Shown here piece by piece: positions 1 to 10,867 of a stretch of DNA of 64,000 nt (its first letter is position 1; the number at the start of each line of letters is the position of its first letter). Made by a program: the position numbers and the translations under genes. A model generated the notes under the pieces. It was not told the origin of the DNA and ran no database searches. It saw nothing but the letters and a program-made list of their open reading frames with translations. Origin of the DNA: Fidelibacterota bacterium (GTDB lineage: Bacteria; Fidelibacterota; Marinisomatia; Marinisomatales; Marinisomataceae); assembly GCA_965212055.1 (NCBI GenBank), contig OZ243041.1:864001-928000 (forward strand), in the 5' to 3' direction.

Positions 1-1388
1 GATGTATTATTGGATAAACGATATGCTAAACCTTCCATCGTCAAATATTCATCAAGATTTAACATGCTAGTTGGAGATACGGTAACTGCAAAATATACAG
101 GACGATTCCAATTATTATCCCTAATAATGTATAATACCATTAAGTCTTGAACACGCAACGCTACATCAAAGTAAGTTGGCTTTAATTCCCATTCTATCTT
201 CCCTGTACTATTTAAAGAATCTTTTGGTGCAGGAAGAGAAAATAAATCTCTAGACCAAGCTTTAAAATCAAGACTATTGATTTCTTCTTCAGTTATCTTA
301 ATAAAAGGATTATCCTTATTCTTACTTTTAAGTTGTTTGATATACCAAGGAGTATTCAGTAAACTTAAATTGGTAACACTAACATCTTTTCTTATGCCTT
401 CTACTTCCTGCAAATACCATAATGGGAAAGTATCATTATCTCCATTTGTAAAAAGAATAGCATTTGGTTTACATGTTTGCAACATATTATATGCCATATC
501 CCATGCGATATAATTACCAGTACGATCGTGTTCATGATAATTTGCTATTAACATTCTTATTGGAATAAATGCTAAAAACATTGTAATCATAAAATATGAA
601 GCAGGTAATTTGAAAGATTTTTCAAGGAATGTGTCGTTTATTTTACGAATAAACCCAAAGATTCCAATAGCAATCCAAATAGAAAATGTCATGAAACTTC
701 CAACATAAGAATAATCTCTCTCTCTAGGTTGTGGATTATCTTGATTGAGATAGAACACAATAGCAATTCCTGTCATAATAAATAATACTAAAAGCGAAAA
801 TGCATCATATTGATTCTTACGAAAGTGAAAATATAATCCATATAAACCAACAATTAAAGCAAGTGGAAGACCAAATTGACTCCAATCAACTCCATCTTGT
901 TTTTTACTTGCCCCCAAAGGAGATACCAATGAATCATCTGTAGAACCTTTTCCAGCGAATTGCCATAAAAAATATCTCAAATACATCTTATTGATCTGAT
1001 AACTCCATAAAAAAGTCATTTGGTCAGAGAGTTTATAAGTTGCATAGTCATAATTTTGTTTCTTAGAGAATTCTAAATTTTTATCCTCTGGCTTTCCAAC
1101 AACTGCTATTTTGGATGGAAGATCGTCAAATTTCCTTGGCAAAAAAGACATAGCCCCATATTGATCTCTATTTAAATAAGAAATTGCTTCTTCTATAGTT
1201 TCAGGATTATTCTCATCAATAGCTGGATCCTGACTAGAACGAATAAAAATGGTAAAATATGTAGAATACCCAATTACAATTAATAAGATTGAGCTGATAA
1301 TTATTGGGAATACATTCTTTTTTTCTATAAATATATAACGAATCATATAGATATGAAATAAGAACCAAATAACAAAAAGAATAAGCAA
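1..1388 (-). CDS. DUF2723/TMEM260-like membrane glycosyltransferase, C-terminal part (runs off window start; different frame from the N-terminal part)
   Basis: Manual translation of segments in one frame: IGYSTYFTIFIRSSQDPAIDENNPET...YLNRDQYG, YQINKMYLRYFLWQFAG, and EGLAYRL near position 1; upstream in-frame stop at 1389-1391. Confidence 0.8.
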   Translation of the reverse strand, partial: MLILFVIWFLFHIYMIRYIFIEKKNVFPIIISSILLIVIGYSTYFTIFIRSSQDPAIDENNPETIEEAISYLNRDQYGAMSFLPRKFDDLPSKIAVVGKPEDKNLEFSKKQNYDYATYKLSDQMTFLWSYQINKMYLRYFLWQFAGKGSTDDSLVSPLGASKKQDGVDWSQFGLPLALIVGLYGLYFHFRKNQYDAFSLLVLFIMTGIAIVFYLNQDNPQPRERDYSYVGSFMTFSIWIAIGIFGFIRKINDTFLEKSFKLPASYFMITMFLAFIPIRMLIANYHEHDRTGNYIAWDMAYNMLQTCKPNAILFTNGDNDTFPLWYLQEVEGIRKDVSVTNLSLLNTPWYIKQLKSKNKDNPFIKITEEEINSLDFKAWSRDLFSLPAPKDSLNSTGKIEWELKPTYFDVALRVQDLMVLYIIRDNNWNRPVYFAVTVSPTSMLNLDEYLTMEGLAYRLSNNT

Positions 1389-2146
1389 TCATAAACCAAA
1401 TAATAGACTCTATTGGTAATGAATAAAACTAATTGAGGTAACCCTTTAATAATGCCGTTTTGTATAAGAAAAAAAACAAAAAATGCTAAGAATGTTGTTA
1501 CAAAGAAAGTTTTCATAGAAAACTTATTGATAGAAAAGTATATAATTAATGCAATAAATGGTATAGTAAGCAAATTAAGCAAATGAATTCCAGTTGCTAA
1601 ACCCATAAGATAAACAATCATCATTAAATAAATCATATGATGTTTTTTGTGTCTATTCTTTGACCATAGAAGTATTAAATACACCACTAATGCAGTCATA
1701 AATCCACTAAGAGCATATACTTCAGTTTCTACAGCATTAAACCAATGGCTATGAGTAAATGCAAACGTTAATGAAGCAACAAATGAAGATCCAAATTTAA
1801 GAATAGAATTATCCGTAGTATAATTATTAAGGCGTTCTATAAATTGATTACAGATTAAAAACAATAAAGAAATCGTTGCAGCACTAATAATTGGTGAAAA
1901 AATATTAATCCGAAATGCAATATCACTACTAATTGGAAAAAGACTAAAAAGTTTTCCAATTAATAGGAATAATGGACTACCAGGAGGGTGTGGGACTCCA
2001 AGTATATGTGATGTCGCAATAAATTCTCCAGTATCCCAAAACGATACTGTTGGAGCCATAGTAGAAAAATAAACAAAGAATGTTAGAAAAAATAAAACAA
2101 CAGCTAAAGTATATTCAACATTATTTTTTATCTTCTGTATCATCAT
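1343..2146 (-). CDS. DUF2723/TMEM260-like membrane glycosyltransferase, N-terminal part
   Basis: APTVSFWDTGEF, GVPHPPGSPLF, AVETEVY motifs; multiple TM helices; start taken at MMIQK. Confidence 0.85.
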   Translation of the reverse strand: MMIQKIKNNVEYTLAVVLFFLTFFVYFSTMAPTVSFWDTGEFIATSHILGVPHPPGSPLFLLIGKLFSLFPISSDIAFRINIFSPIISAATISLLFLICNQFIERLNNYTTDNSILKFGSSFVASLTFAFTHSHWFNAVETEVYALSGFMTALVVYLILLWSKNRHKKHHMIYLMMIVYLMGLATGIHLLNLLTIPFIALIIYFSINKFSMKTFFVTTFLAFFVFFLIQNGIIKGLPQLVLFITNRVYYLVYDCLFFLLFGSYFISI

Positions 2147-2435
2147 TACTGTGTTCTTCTTTTTTTTCTTCTTCCACAAAATTCATTTTTAATTCTGATA
2201 GAACTTTATCAATATATTCTTTCTCATTCTTATCTAAGCTTGCTTCCATTCTACTATTAATCATTTCAAGCATATCAATTTGAAGTGAAGCACTTCTTAA
2301 ATCAACTTCAGTTTTATCGGTAACAGGATTCTTCATTTTTCCAAGTGCAATCCAAACTCCATAAACAGATTGAGAAATTAACATATCAAAAAGTTGTTTT
2401 TCAGTATATGATTCATTAGTCATTTTTTTCTCCAT
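2121..2435 (-). CDS. DUF1844 family protein
   Basis: ALGKMKNPVT...DL..A...IDMLEM...E...L.ELKMNFV pattern, ~100 aa. Confidence 0.8.
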   Translation of the reverse strand: MEKKMTNESYTEKQLFDMLISQSVYGVWIALGKMKNPVTDKTEVDLRSASLQIDMLEMINSRMEASLDKNEKEYIDKVLSELKMNFVEEEKKEEHSNDDTEDKK

Positions 2436-4534
2436 TAATTAACAGTTGTTTTTAAGAAAAGTTTTAAATACTCCGAGTTAAATCTTTCTTTGATTAATTT
2501 ATTAATAGGTTTACTTAAATTTGCATCATTATCTATCATATCAAAAGCTTTCATTCTTGCAAATCTAATTATCTTGCCATCGGTAACAAGATTAGCAATT
2601 CTAAATTTAATAAATCCACTTTGTTTTTCACCAAAAAATTCACCAGGACCTCTTAATTTCAAATCTTCATCCGCAATTTCAAATCCATTTCTTGTTTGAG
2701 TAAGAATTGATAATCTTTGTTTCGTATTTTCTGCACCACTATCACTACACAAAATACAATAACTTGTTAATAACCCTCGTCCAACTCTTCCACGCAATTG
2801 ATGAATTTGACTTAACCCAAACCGTTCACAATTGTTAATCAATATAACAGAAGCATTAGGATTATCAATTCCAACTTCAATTACTGTTGTAGATATTAAT
2901 ATTTGGATTTGATTATCCATAAATTTTGTCATTATTTCATTTTTTTCATCTGCATTCAATTTTCCATGTATCAATCCAACTTTATAATCTTGAAAAACAG
3001 AATCTTTTAAATCCAAATATGATTGATTTGCAGCTTCTAAATCTTGTTTTTCAGTTTCCTCAATTAGGGGATAAACAATAATCGATTGTTCATTATTTTT
3101 AGCTTTTTCTATAATAAAATCATAGGCGGTATCGAGATTATTCCTCTGAATTTGTGATGTAAATATTTCTGGTCTATTCTTAGGAAGTTCATCAATAATA
3201 GATAAATCCATATCGCCATTATATGTAATAGCTAGTGTTCTAGGAATCGGAGTGGCTGTCATTGCTAAAAGGTTTGGAACTTTACATTTTTCTAAGAGGC
3301 GTTTTCTTTGGTTAACTCCAAATCGATGTTGTTCATCAATAATAACAAAACCAAGGTTGTTAAATGATACATCTTTTTGAAATAATGCATGAGTTCCGAT
3401 TATAATCATTGCATCACCATCATTGATTTTTTTTAATGCCTTTTTTCTTTCATTGGTTTTTAAACTACCAACTAAAAGTTCAGATTCTATCCCAATCTTT
3501 TCAAAATTATCTCTAAAATTTTTATATAATTGTTTTGCTAAAATATCAGTTGGAGCCATAATTGCAACCTGATAATTATTATCCACAACAACAGAAGATG
3601 CAAGTATGGAGACAATAGTTTTTCCGCATCCAACATCCCCTTGCAACATTCTATTCATAGGTTTTTCCAATAAAAAATCTTCGATAATTTCTCTTAATAC
3701 ACTTTTTTGACTATTGGTAAGATCAAAACTAAGGTTTTTAAGAATCATATTATATTTTTGTGTTTTGAATTCAATAATATCAAACGTTTTTTCGTTCATT
3801 TTCTTTTTTCTCAAGGCTAACAATAGTTGAAGGAAAAAGTGTTCATCAAATTTTAATCGATGAATTGCTTCTTTTGACTCATTAACGTCTTGTGTAAAAT
3901 GTACATTCCTAATAGCCTTATCAAGGCTACATATTTCGAATGATTCTAATTGTTCTTTGTTAAAGTGATCATTTATATTATCAATTGATTCTAGTGCTTG
4001 ATAAATAATTTTTCTCATATTTCTGTTAGTCAATCCTGCATTTTTTAAATCTTCAGTTAAAGGATATACTGGAATCATAAATCCTGTACTTAGTGCTACT
4101 TCATTCTCATTAAGTTTATCATATTCAGGGTGTACAATCTGAAAACGTCCCCGATAATCAGCTACCTTCCCATGAATCGCAATAACTTCACCTTCTTGCA
4201 ATGACTCCTTAATATAATCAACTCCTTTAAACCACATTAAATTGATTGATCCAGTAGAATCATAAAGCGTAGCAGTTAAAAAGGTACCACGTTTCATTTT
4301 TCTAAGATTTAAAGATTTAATTTTGCCAATTAAGTTTACTTCTAAATCAATTGCAATAGAATCAATGGTCTGGATAGATGTTCTATCTAAATATTTTCTA
4401 GGAAAGTAATAAAGTAGATCTTTGACGGTTTTAATCTCAACAGATTCAAAAGCTTTGGATCGTCTTGGACCTACTCCTTTTAAATACTGAACAGGTGTTT
4501 CTAATGAATTAGAAGAGTTAGTTAGTTTCATCAA
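2435..4534 (-). CDS. recG: ATP-dependent DNA helicase RecG
   Basis: LKGVGP N-terminus, QGDVGCGKT, DEQHRFGV, MTATPIPRTL, HQLRGRVGRG, DLKLRGPGE. Confidence 0.97.
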   Translation of the reverse strand: MMKLTNSSNSLETPVQYLKGVGPRRSKAFESVEIKTVKDLLYYFPRKYLDRTSIQTIDSIAIDLEVNLIGKIKSLNLRKMKRGTFLTATLYDSTGSINLMWFKGVDYIKESLQEGEVIAIHGKVADYRGRFQIVHPEYDKLNENEVALSTGFMIPVYPLTEDLKNAGLTNRNMRKIIYQALESIDNINDHFNKEQLESFEICSLDKAIRNVHFTQDVNESKEAIHRLKFDEHFFLQLLLALRKKKMNEKTFDIIEFKTQKYNMILKNLSFDLTNSQKSVLREIIEDFLLEKPMNRMLQGDVGCGKTIVSILASSVVVDNNYQVAIMAPTDILAKQLYKNFRDNFEKIGIESELLVGSLKTNERKKALKKINDGDAMIIIGTHALFQKDVSFNNLGFVIIDEQHRFGVNQRKRLLEKCKVPNLLAMTATPIPRTLAITYNGDMDLSIIDELPKNRPEIFTSQIQRNNLDTAYDFIIEKAKNNEQSIIVYPLIEETEKQDLEAANQSYLDLKDSVFQDYKVGLIHGKLNADEKNEIMTKFMDNQIQILISTTVIEVGIDNPNASVILINNCERFGLSQIHQLRGRVGRGLLTSYCILCSDSGAENTKQRLSILTQTRNGFEIADEDLKLRGPGEFFGEKQSGFIKFRIANLVTDGKIIRFARMKAFDMIDNDANLSKPINKLIKERFNSEYLKLFLKTTVN

Positions 4535-4540
4535 TAAACA

Positions 4541-5878
4541 TTATTTCCATTCTTTTTTATAAGTATAGGTAATTAATTGAGAACTGCCAGGTTCTACTTC
4601 TAATGGAAAATATATTGTTGACGCATCGTCTTTAATATACATAGTTGAAGATTCTTTTACTACCCAGTCTCCAATAATTCTTTCAACAACTTTGACTTTT
4701 ATAGATACAGTAGATGTATTAATGACTTGAATTGATATAGTAGATTCTTCTACTTTATTTTGGCGATCATAGTTTAAGATTCTTCGTTTACCAACAATAT
4801 CAGAAGCTTTACCAGCATTAAATGATGCAGTTCCTCCCCTATATAATTGATTTAAGTTGTTTTTAGCTAAGAAACCAAGGGAACCATCAATGTTTCTCTC
4901 ATATAAATAAGCTACTCCCGATGGCAATGGAAGATCTAAATTATTTTCTTGAGAATTATCAAAAGAAATCTGGATGTCAAGTGGATCATCTCTCTGATCT
5001 TGCTCAGAATTATTAAATACATAGATTTTTTCATATGAAATATTTCTTTTAGGAATTAAAGGAAATTGGATTGTTTCTAAGGACTTTAGGTTGAGATCGT
5101 TCCCTAAATTGAAAACATAGAAATCTCCTAATTTTGTACCGTTTGGAGTCATTGGAGCACTTACTGCTCTGCTACTTATAAAATCTCTTTTGACTCCTAC
5201 CTGATTTAACACTCCTTCAACAACATTAATATCTAAACCTAATAAATTAACGTTAGAATGATTTACCACTTCCGCATCTACGCTTAATATTGCGCTAGTA
5301 TCGTCCGTATTTAACTCTAGTTTATAAATTGGTTTCCAACTAAAACCAGAACTCAAATATGTTAATTCAGCATTGATACTTTTTTCTTCATTAGAAAAAA
5401 TTTCCCAAAAAATCTCAGGAGTAAATTTATTTGAAACATTATTCAATTTTAAATTTAAGTATTCAATACTCGATCTTTGAAATACCATTAATCCTTTATT
5501 AGTATTAATGGAAACACTGGAACCATTCACATCAAGAAGCGTTCCTTGAATTGCTGAAGTGCCTGTTGGTTTTAATTCTATTTGTGAACCAATATTATTT
5601 TTTAAATACACGTCACTTGAGTTAAAATTTCGATTCATTGTTTGAGATAAAATTTGGACTCCTTCTAAATCAAGATTTGGTGAATCAAATACAATATTAG
5701 GGGATAAATTAGTAAAGCCTACTACGTTTCTACCACTTTGTAAATTCCAAGTAATAGGTTCTTTTAAGGTTGCAAAACCATCTTTATAAATGGTGATAGT
5801 CCTATTATTTTGAAGATCACTAGCATTCTGAGAAAGCGCAATACCAGTAAACAATAGTAATATTAACAACTTTTTCAT
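4541..5878 (-). CDS. DUF4139 domain exported protein
   Basis: Signal peptide; ITIY..GFA, LTYL..G.SW.P.Y, LPLPSG..YLY pattern. Confidence 0.75.
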   Translation of the reverse strand: MKKLLILLLFTGIALSQNASDLQNNRTITIYKDGFATLKEPITWNLQSGRNVVGFTNLSPNIVFDSPNLDLEGVQILSQTMNRNFNSSDVYLKNNIGSQIELKPTGTSAIQGTLLDVNGSSVSINTNKGLMVFQRSSIEYLNLKLNNVSNKFTPEIFWEIFSNEEKSINAELTYLSSGFSWKPIYKLELNTDDTSAILSVDAEVVNHSNVNLLGLDINVVEGVLNQVGVKRDFISSRAVSAPMTPNGTKLGDFYVFNLGNDLNLKSLETIQFPLIPKRNISYEKIYVFNNSEQDQRDDPLDIQISFDNSQENNLDLPLPSGVAYLYERNIDGSLGFLAKNNLNQLYRGGTASFNAGKASDIVGKRRILNYDRQNKVEESTISIQVINTSTVSIKVKVVERIIGDWVVKESSTMYIKDDASTIYFPLEVEPGSSQLITYTYKKEWK

Positions 5879-8499
5879 TTTAACATCGCAATATTGTCAA
5901 TTATTTTATCTCTTTCAACAATAAAATCATTCAATTTGTTTTTTTCATTGTTTACAATATTTTCAGGGGCTTTATCAATAAATGATTTATTTTTTAATTT
6001 CTTCTCAATAGCATTGATAAAATCTTTCACTTCATTAAGTCGTTTAGTAAGTCTTTTAATTTCAGAATCCGTATCTACCAAATCTCCTAGCGGAACATAA
6101 GCAACACATTTTTTACAAATTCCCACAGCAGATTTCTTTGGTTTTTTAATATTTAAATCTATTTCTAGATTGTCAATTTTTGAGAGGGAAGTAATTGTAT
6201 CTTTTAAATCCTCAAACAATTTTTTATCATCTGCATTATTTACAGAAATAAGGACATCAATTTTTTTGGAAGGAAGTATATTTAATTCTGATCGTATTGT
6301 TCTAACTGATGTAACTATTTCTTTCAATGTTGACATTGTTTCTGAATCGTCAACAATACTCTTTTCATTTAACTGTGGCCATTTACTGATAATAATATCA
6401 TTATCTGATTTACTTTTTAGATAACTCCAAATTTCTTCAGTAATAAATGGTGATACAGGATGTAATAATAATAAAATCTTTTTTAGCACATCTTTTGATA
6501 AAATATAAGTATTGTTTCTTATAGTCTGATCATCGCTTTGGAAATTGATTTTGGCAAGTTCAATATACCAATCACAAAATTCACTCCACGTAAATTCATA
6601 AATTACTTTAATTGCTTCATTGAATTGGTATGAATCATAGTAAGCATTAACTTTTTTAATTGTTTTGTCTAGTTCACTTAAAATCCATTCATCCTGGAAA
6701 GCTAATTTATCCTTGTTAAGCGAATCATTAAAATTCTCATCATGATTTAACATAATAAATCGACTAGCATTCCAGATTTTACTCATAAAATTTCGACCTA
6801 TTTCAAGCCCACTTTCAGAAAAATAAACATCTGATCCTTGTGGAGACATAAGCATTACTGAGAATCGAGTCGCATCAGTTCCATATTTATTAAATAGTCC
6901 AATTGGATCAGGAGAATTCCCAAGAGATTTACTGAACTTTCTTCCTTGTTCATCTCTTAAGATGCTTGTGAAGTATACATCTTTAAATGGTGCTTCTCCC
7001 ATAAATTCGAAACCAGACATAATCATTCTTGCAACCCAAAAGAATATAATATCTGGTCCTGTTACTAAAGCACTGGTTGGATAGTAATGTGTTTTTTCTT
7101 CTTCTGGCCAATTATGAACGGCAAATGGCCATAGCCAAGAACTAAACCATGTATCTAATACATCAGTATCTTGTTCCCAATTATCGATATCTTTTGGTGG
7201 AGTAGTAGAAATAAACCAATTTTCCTTTTTACTATGATCAGAGTCCTTTTTATACCATACTGGAATACGATGGCCCCAATAAAGTTGACGACTAATACAC
7301 CAATCTTGAATATTATCCATCCAATGATCATACGTTTTTACCCAATGATTTGGATAAAAATTAATTTCTCCTTTTTTAACAGATTGAATAGCAGGTTTAG
7401 CAAGTTCTTTCATTTTTAAAAACCATTGATCTGAAAGATAATATTCGATAGGAACATCTCCTCTTTCTGAAAAACCTACTTTGTGCATATAATCTTCTTC
7501 TTTTAAGAGACAATTATCTTTCTTTAAATCATCAATAACTTTCTTTCTAGCATCTTCCCTTGTTAAACCAACATATTCTTTTGGAGCATTTGAGTTAATA
7601 GAACCATCGGGATTCATTACATTTACCATATCTAAAGAATGTTCTAAACCAACATTGTAATCATTTGGATCATGAGCAGGGGTAATTTTGACACAACCAG
7701 TTCCAAATTCTGGATCAACCATTTTATCTGCAATAATTGGTATCTTTCTTCCTACAATTGGTAAAATTGCATTGCTACCAATTAAATTTTTAAAACGTTT
7801 ATCAGATGGATTTACAGCTACTGCTACGTCTCCAAGCATTGTTTCTGGTCTAGTCGTTGCAATCTCAATAAATGAATCAGAATTCTCTATTGCGTATTTG
7901 ATATACCATAATTTGCCATTGACTTCTTTAAAAATAACTTCTTCATCGCTAAGTGCTGTTTGTGATTTTGGACACCAATTTACTAATCTGTTCCCTTTGT
8001 AAATCAATCCTTTATCAAATAATCGAACAAAAGATTCAAGGACGGCTTCAGAATACTTCTCATCCATCGTAAAATTGAGTTTATCCCAATCACAGGAACA
8101 TCCTAATTTTTGTAATTGGTTAATAATAATGTCGCCATATTTTTCTTTCCATTCCCATGCATGTTCTAAAAATTCTTCTCGAGAAATATCTTTTTTATCA
8201 ATTCCCTTTTCTTGAAGCATTTTTGCTACCTTTGATTCGGTAGCGATTGATGCATGATCAGTTCCTGGAACCCAACAAGCATTTTTGCCTTCCATTCTTG
8301 CTTTTCGTATTAAGATATCTTGAATCGTGTTATTTAAGACATGACCCATCGTCAATTTACCAGTCACATTTGGTGGAGGAATGACAATAGTATAGTGATT
8401 ATCAGAAGGTTGGCTAGAAAAATAGTCTTTTTCTAACCAATGCTTATACCATTTATCTTCTAACTCAGAAGGAGAATATTTTTTATCTAATAATTTCAT
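5875..8499 (-). CDS. valS: valine--tRNA ligase
   Basis: PPPNVTGKLTMGH, ATTRPETMLGD, DWCISRQLYWGH, KFSKS, C-terminal coiled coil; start at MKLLDKK (ATGA-type overlap). Confidence 0.97.
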   Translation of the reverse strand: MKLLDKKYSPSELEDKWYKHWLEKDYFSSQPSDNHYTIVIPPPNVTGKLTMGHVLNNTIQDILIRKARMEGKNACWVPGTDHASIATESKVAKMLQEKGIDKKDISREEFLEHAWEWKEKYGDIIINQLQKLGCSCDWDKLNFTMDEKYSEAVLESFVRLFDKGLIYKGNRLVNWCPKSQTALSDEEVIFKEVNGKLWYIKYAIENSDSFIEIATTRPETMLGDVAVAVNPSDKRFKNLIGSNAILPIVGRKIPIIADKMVDPEFGTGCVKITPAHDPNDYNVGLEHSLDMVNVMNPDGSINSNAPKEYVGLTREDARKKVIDDLKKDNCLLKEEDYMHKVGFSERGDVPIEYYLSDQWFLKMKELAKPAIQSVKKGEINFYPNHWVKTYDHWMDNIQDWCISRQLYWGHRIPVWYKKDSDHSKKENWFISTTPPKDIDNWEQDTDVLDTWFSSWLWPFAVHNWPEEEKTHYYPTSALVTGPDIIFFWVARMIMSGFEFMGEAPFKDVYFTSILRDEQGRKFSKSLGNSPDPIGLFNKYGTDATRFSVMLMSPQGSDVYFSESGLEIGRNFMSKIWNASRFIMLNHDENFNDSLNKDKLAFQDEWILSELDKTIKKVNAYYDSYQFNEAIKVIYEFTWSEFCDWYIELAKINFQSDDQTIRNNTYILSKDVLKKILLLLHPVSPFITEEIWSYLKSKSDNDIIISKWPQLNEKSIVDDSETMSTLKEIVTSVRTIRSELNILPSKKIDVLISVNNADDKKLFEDLKDTITSLSKIDNLEIDLNIKKPKKSAVGICKKCVAYVPLGDLVDTDSEIKRLTKRLNEVKDFINAIEKKLKNKSFIDKAPENIVNNEKNKLNDFIVERDKIIDNIAMLK

Positions 8500-9815
8500 T
8501 TTAAACAATCTTTTAATGTTTGGATTAAATCATTTACTTCATTTTCTGTCTTGGCTTCAGCAAATATTCTAATTATTGGTTCAGTATTAGATTTTCTGAT
8601 ATGAATCCACTTTTTAGACCAACTAAATTTAATCCCATCATCTCTATTAATTTCGTCACAATCAAATAGAGTAGCAAGATTATCAAAATCAAAATCTTTT
8701 GAATCATTTAAAGTGATTTTATCTTTAATAAAGACATATTTAGGAATCTCATCAATTACTGCATTAATTGATTTATTTTTTGTTGATAAAAGATTCAATA
8801 CCATTGCTACAGCAACCAAAGAATCTCTTCCAAGGTGCACTTCTTCCAGAATTACACCACCATTACCTTCTCCCCCAATTGAAATGTTTAATTCTTTCAT
8901 TTTTTGAACAACATGGGCTTCACCAATTTTAGTTCTAATTGAACCTGATGAAATATCATCAATCATTTTTGATGTAGATAAATTTGTTACTATCATGCTC
9001 TTTTGGTGGTTAATAAAATTTTTAAATGCTAAAACTAAAGTATATTCTTCTCCAATAGCTTTACCTTTATTAGAAACTATAGATAACCTATCTCCATCTG
9101 GATCAGTAGCAAATCCAATATCAGCACCTACATCTAAAACCTTGTTTTCTAAATCTTTTAAATTATGAGCAAGCGGTTCAGGAATACGAGTAAAATTGCC
9201 ATCTCCATTACAATTAATTGTTTCTACATCACATCCTAATTCTCTACATAATTGTGGTAAAATAGTTGAACCTGCTCCATTGACGGCATCTATTACTACT
9301 TTCATTTTTTTCGAATGTATTTTATCTGGCTCGATACATGAGGCTAAAAATACTTTATTAATATGCTCCTCATCTGCAGAATGATAGTGTGATGCTTTAC
9401 CAGCGACCTCTGCTTTATCTAAAACATCTTCATTATCAACGGATGTAAATAACTCATCGCACTGATCTGGAGATAAAAATGTGCCATCTTTTTGTAAAAA
9501 TTTTAATCCATTGTATTCTGCTGGATTGTGGCTTGCTGTAATGACAATCCCTCCATCATATTGTTCTTTTTCTGTCATTAATTGCATAGTAGGAGTGGTA
9601 GCTAAATCACAATTATCAACATTAACTCCATATTTAGTTAAAGAATCAACAACCCATTGTGACATTTCTTTTCCAGATTGTCTTCCATCTCTTCCTAACA
9701 CACAAGATGTAATCTTTTGAGTTAAAATAAATGAGGCAATATATTGATCAATTATTCCAGAATTAAAGTCATCTTCAACGACCCCTCTAAGACCAGATGC
9801 ACTTCTTATAAGCAT
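8496..9815 (-). CDS. phosphoglucosamine mutase / phosphomannomutase family
   Basis: TASHNP phosphoserine loop, DPDGDR metal loop, GGEGNGG, RKSNTEP. Confidence 0.9.
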   Translation of the reverse strand: MLIRSASGLRGVVEDDFNSGIIDQYIASFILTQKITSCVLGRDGRQSGKEMSQWVVDSLTKYGVNVDNCDLATTPTMQLMTEKEQYDGGIVITASHNPAEYNGLKFLQKDGTFLSPDQCDELFTSVDNEDVLDKAEVAGKASHYHSADEEHINKVFLASCIEPDKIHSKKMKVVIDAVNGAGSTILPQLCRELGCDVETINCNGDGNFTRIPEPLAHNLKDLENKVLDVGADIGFATDPDGDRLSIVSNKGKAIGEEYTLVLAFKNFINHQKSMIVTNLSTSKMIDDISSGSIRTKIGEAHVVQKMKELNISIGGEGNGGVILEEVHLGRDSLVAVAMVLNLLSTKNKSINAVIDEIPKYVFIKDKITLNDSKDFDFDNLATLFDCDEINRDDGIKFSWSKKWIHIRKSNTEPIIRIFAEAKTENEVNDLIQTLKDCLK

Positions 9816-9821
9816 AATGGG

Positions 9822-9850
9822 AGATTAGAACATTTTTTGGAAAAGATAAA
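9822..9850 (-). promoter_or_regulatory. candidate sigma70 promoter for the phosphohexomutase gene (leaderless spacing)
   Basis: TTTATC-17 nt-TAATCT, then 6 nt to ATG. Confidence 0.35.
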
Positions 9851-9867
9851 GGTTGTTATGATATTAA

Positions 9868-10065
9868 TTATCGATTATTGAATTTTGAAAGTCGTGAAAT
9901 ACGTCTCAAAGTTTGCTTTCTAGCAATTCTTTTAGTAACACTTGGTTTTTCATAAAAAGATTTTCTTTTTACGTCTTTAAGTACTCCAGAACGCTCCCAT
10001 TTCTTCTTGAAACGTCTTAAAGCCTTCTCAAGTGATTCGTTATCTCTTACATTTATCTCAATCAT
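9868..10065 (-). CDS. rpsU: 30S ribosomal protein S21
   Basis: MIEINVRDNESLEKALRRFKKK...FYEKPS; 65 aa from ATG at 10065. Confidence 0.95.
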   Translation of the reverse strand: MIEINVRDNESLEKALRRFKKKWERSGVLKDVKRKSFYEKPSVTKRIARKQTLRRISRLSKFNNR

Positions 10066-10073
10066 AGTTCGGA

Positions 10074-10102
10074 AACTTAGTGAAAAAAACCAGAAATGCC
10101 AA
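10074..10102 (-). promoter_or_regulatory. candidate sigma70 promoter for rpsU
   Basis: TTGGCA-17 nt-TAAGTT, then 8 nt to ATG, no SD. Confidence 0.45.
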
Positions 10103-10864
10103 TTATGATATAATATTGTTGGAAATTTCAATAAAATCTTCAACGCTAAGCTGTTCTGGTCTTTCAGTAAAATCTATAGCACAATTTTTTATATCAATAT
10201 TAAGAGACGACAGAGAATTTCTTAACATTTTTCTTCTTTGGTTAAATGCCATCCTCACAACTTGATCAAAAGATTTTAGATTAATATCATGATGAGAAGA
10301 ATTTTCCTTCTTAATAATTTCAATAAAGGCAGATTGTACTTTTGGTTTTGGTAAAAACACATTTGGAGAAATCAAAAAACAAATTTTAATATCAAAATAT
10401 AAGCTGGTCATTACAGTGAGCCTGCTATAATCTTTTGTACCAATTTTGGCAGTTAATCGTTGTGCTAGCTCTTTTTGAACCATAAGATAAGCTCGATTCC
10501 AACTAGTTAAATGCTTAATAAGCCAAAAAACAATAGGTGAAGTAATATTATAAGGAATATTGCCTATCACAACAGGGTTTTTAATATCAAGAGTAGGTAA
10601 GTCAACTTTTAAAATATCTTGATTGATAATCTCAGCTTGTGAAAGCTTATTATGTTGTTTTAATATTGCAATTAAATCACGATCAATCTCTACCATATGC
10701 AATTCATTGCAAATACCTACTAATTTTTCGCTTAATGCCCCTTGTCCAGGTCCTATTTCTAAAACATTTTCATTAGAATCAATTTTGACATTATTAATAA
10801 TTTTCTCTAAGAGATTATTATCAACTAAAAAATTTTGACCCCACTTTTTTTTAGCAAATACCAT
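10103..10864 (-). CDS. rsmA: 16S rRNA adenine dimethyltransferase KsgA/RsmA
   Basis: KKWGQNFL, LEIGPGQG, GNIPYNITSP, FNQRRKMLRN. Confidence 0.96.
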   Translation of the reverse strand: MVFAKKKWGQNFLVDNNLLEKIINNVKIDSNENVLEIGPGQGALSEKLVGICNELHMVEIDRDLIAILKQHNKLSQAEIINQDILKVDLPTLDIKNPVVIGNIPYNITSPIVFWLIKHLTSWNRAYLMVQKELAQRLTAKIGTKDYSRLTVMTSLYFDIKICFLISPNVFLPKPKVQSAFIEIIKKENSSHHDINLKSFDQVVRMAFNQRRKMLRNSLSSLNIDIKNCAIDFTERPEQLSVEDFIEISNNIIS

Positions 10865-10867
10865 TAG

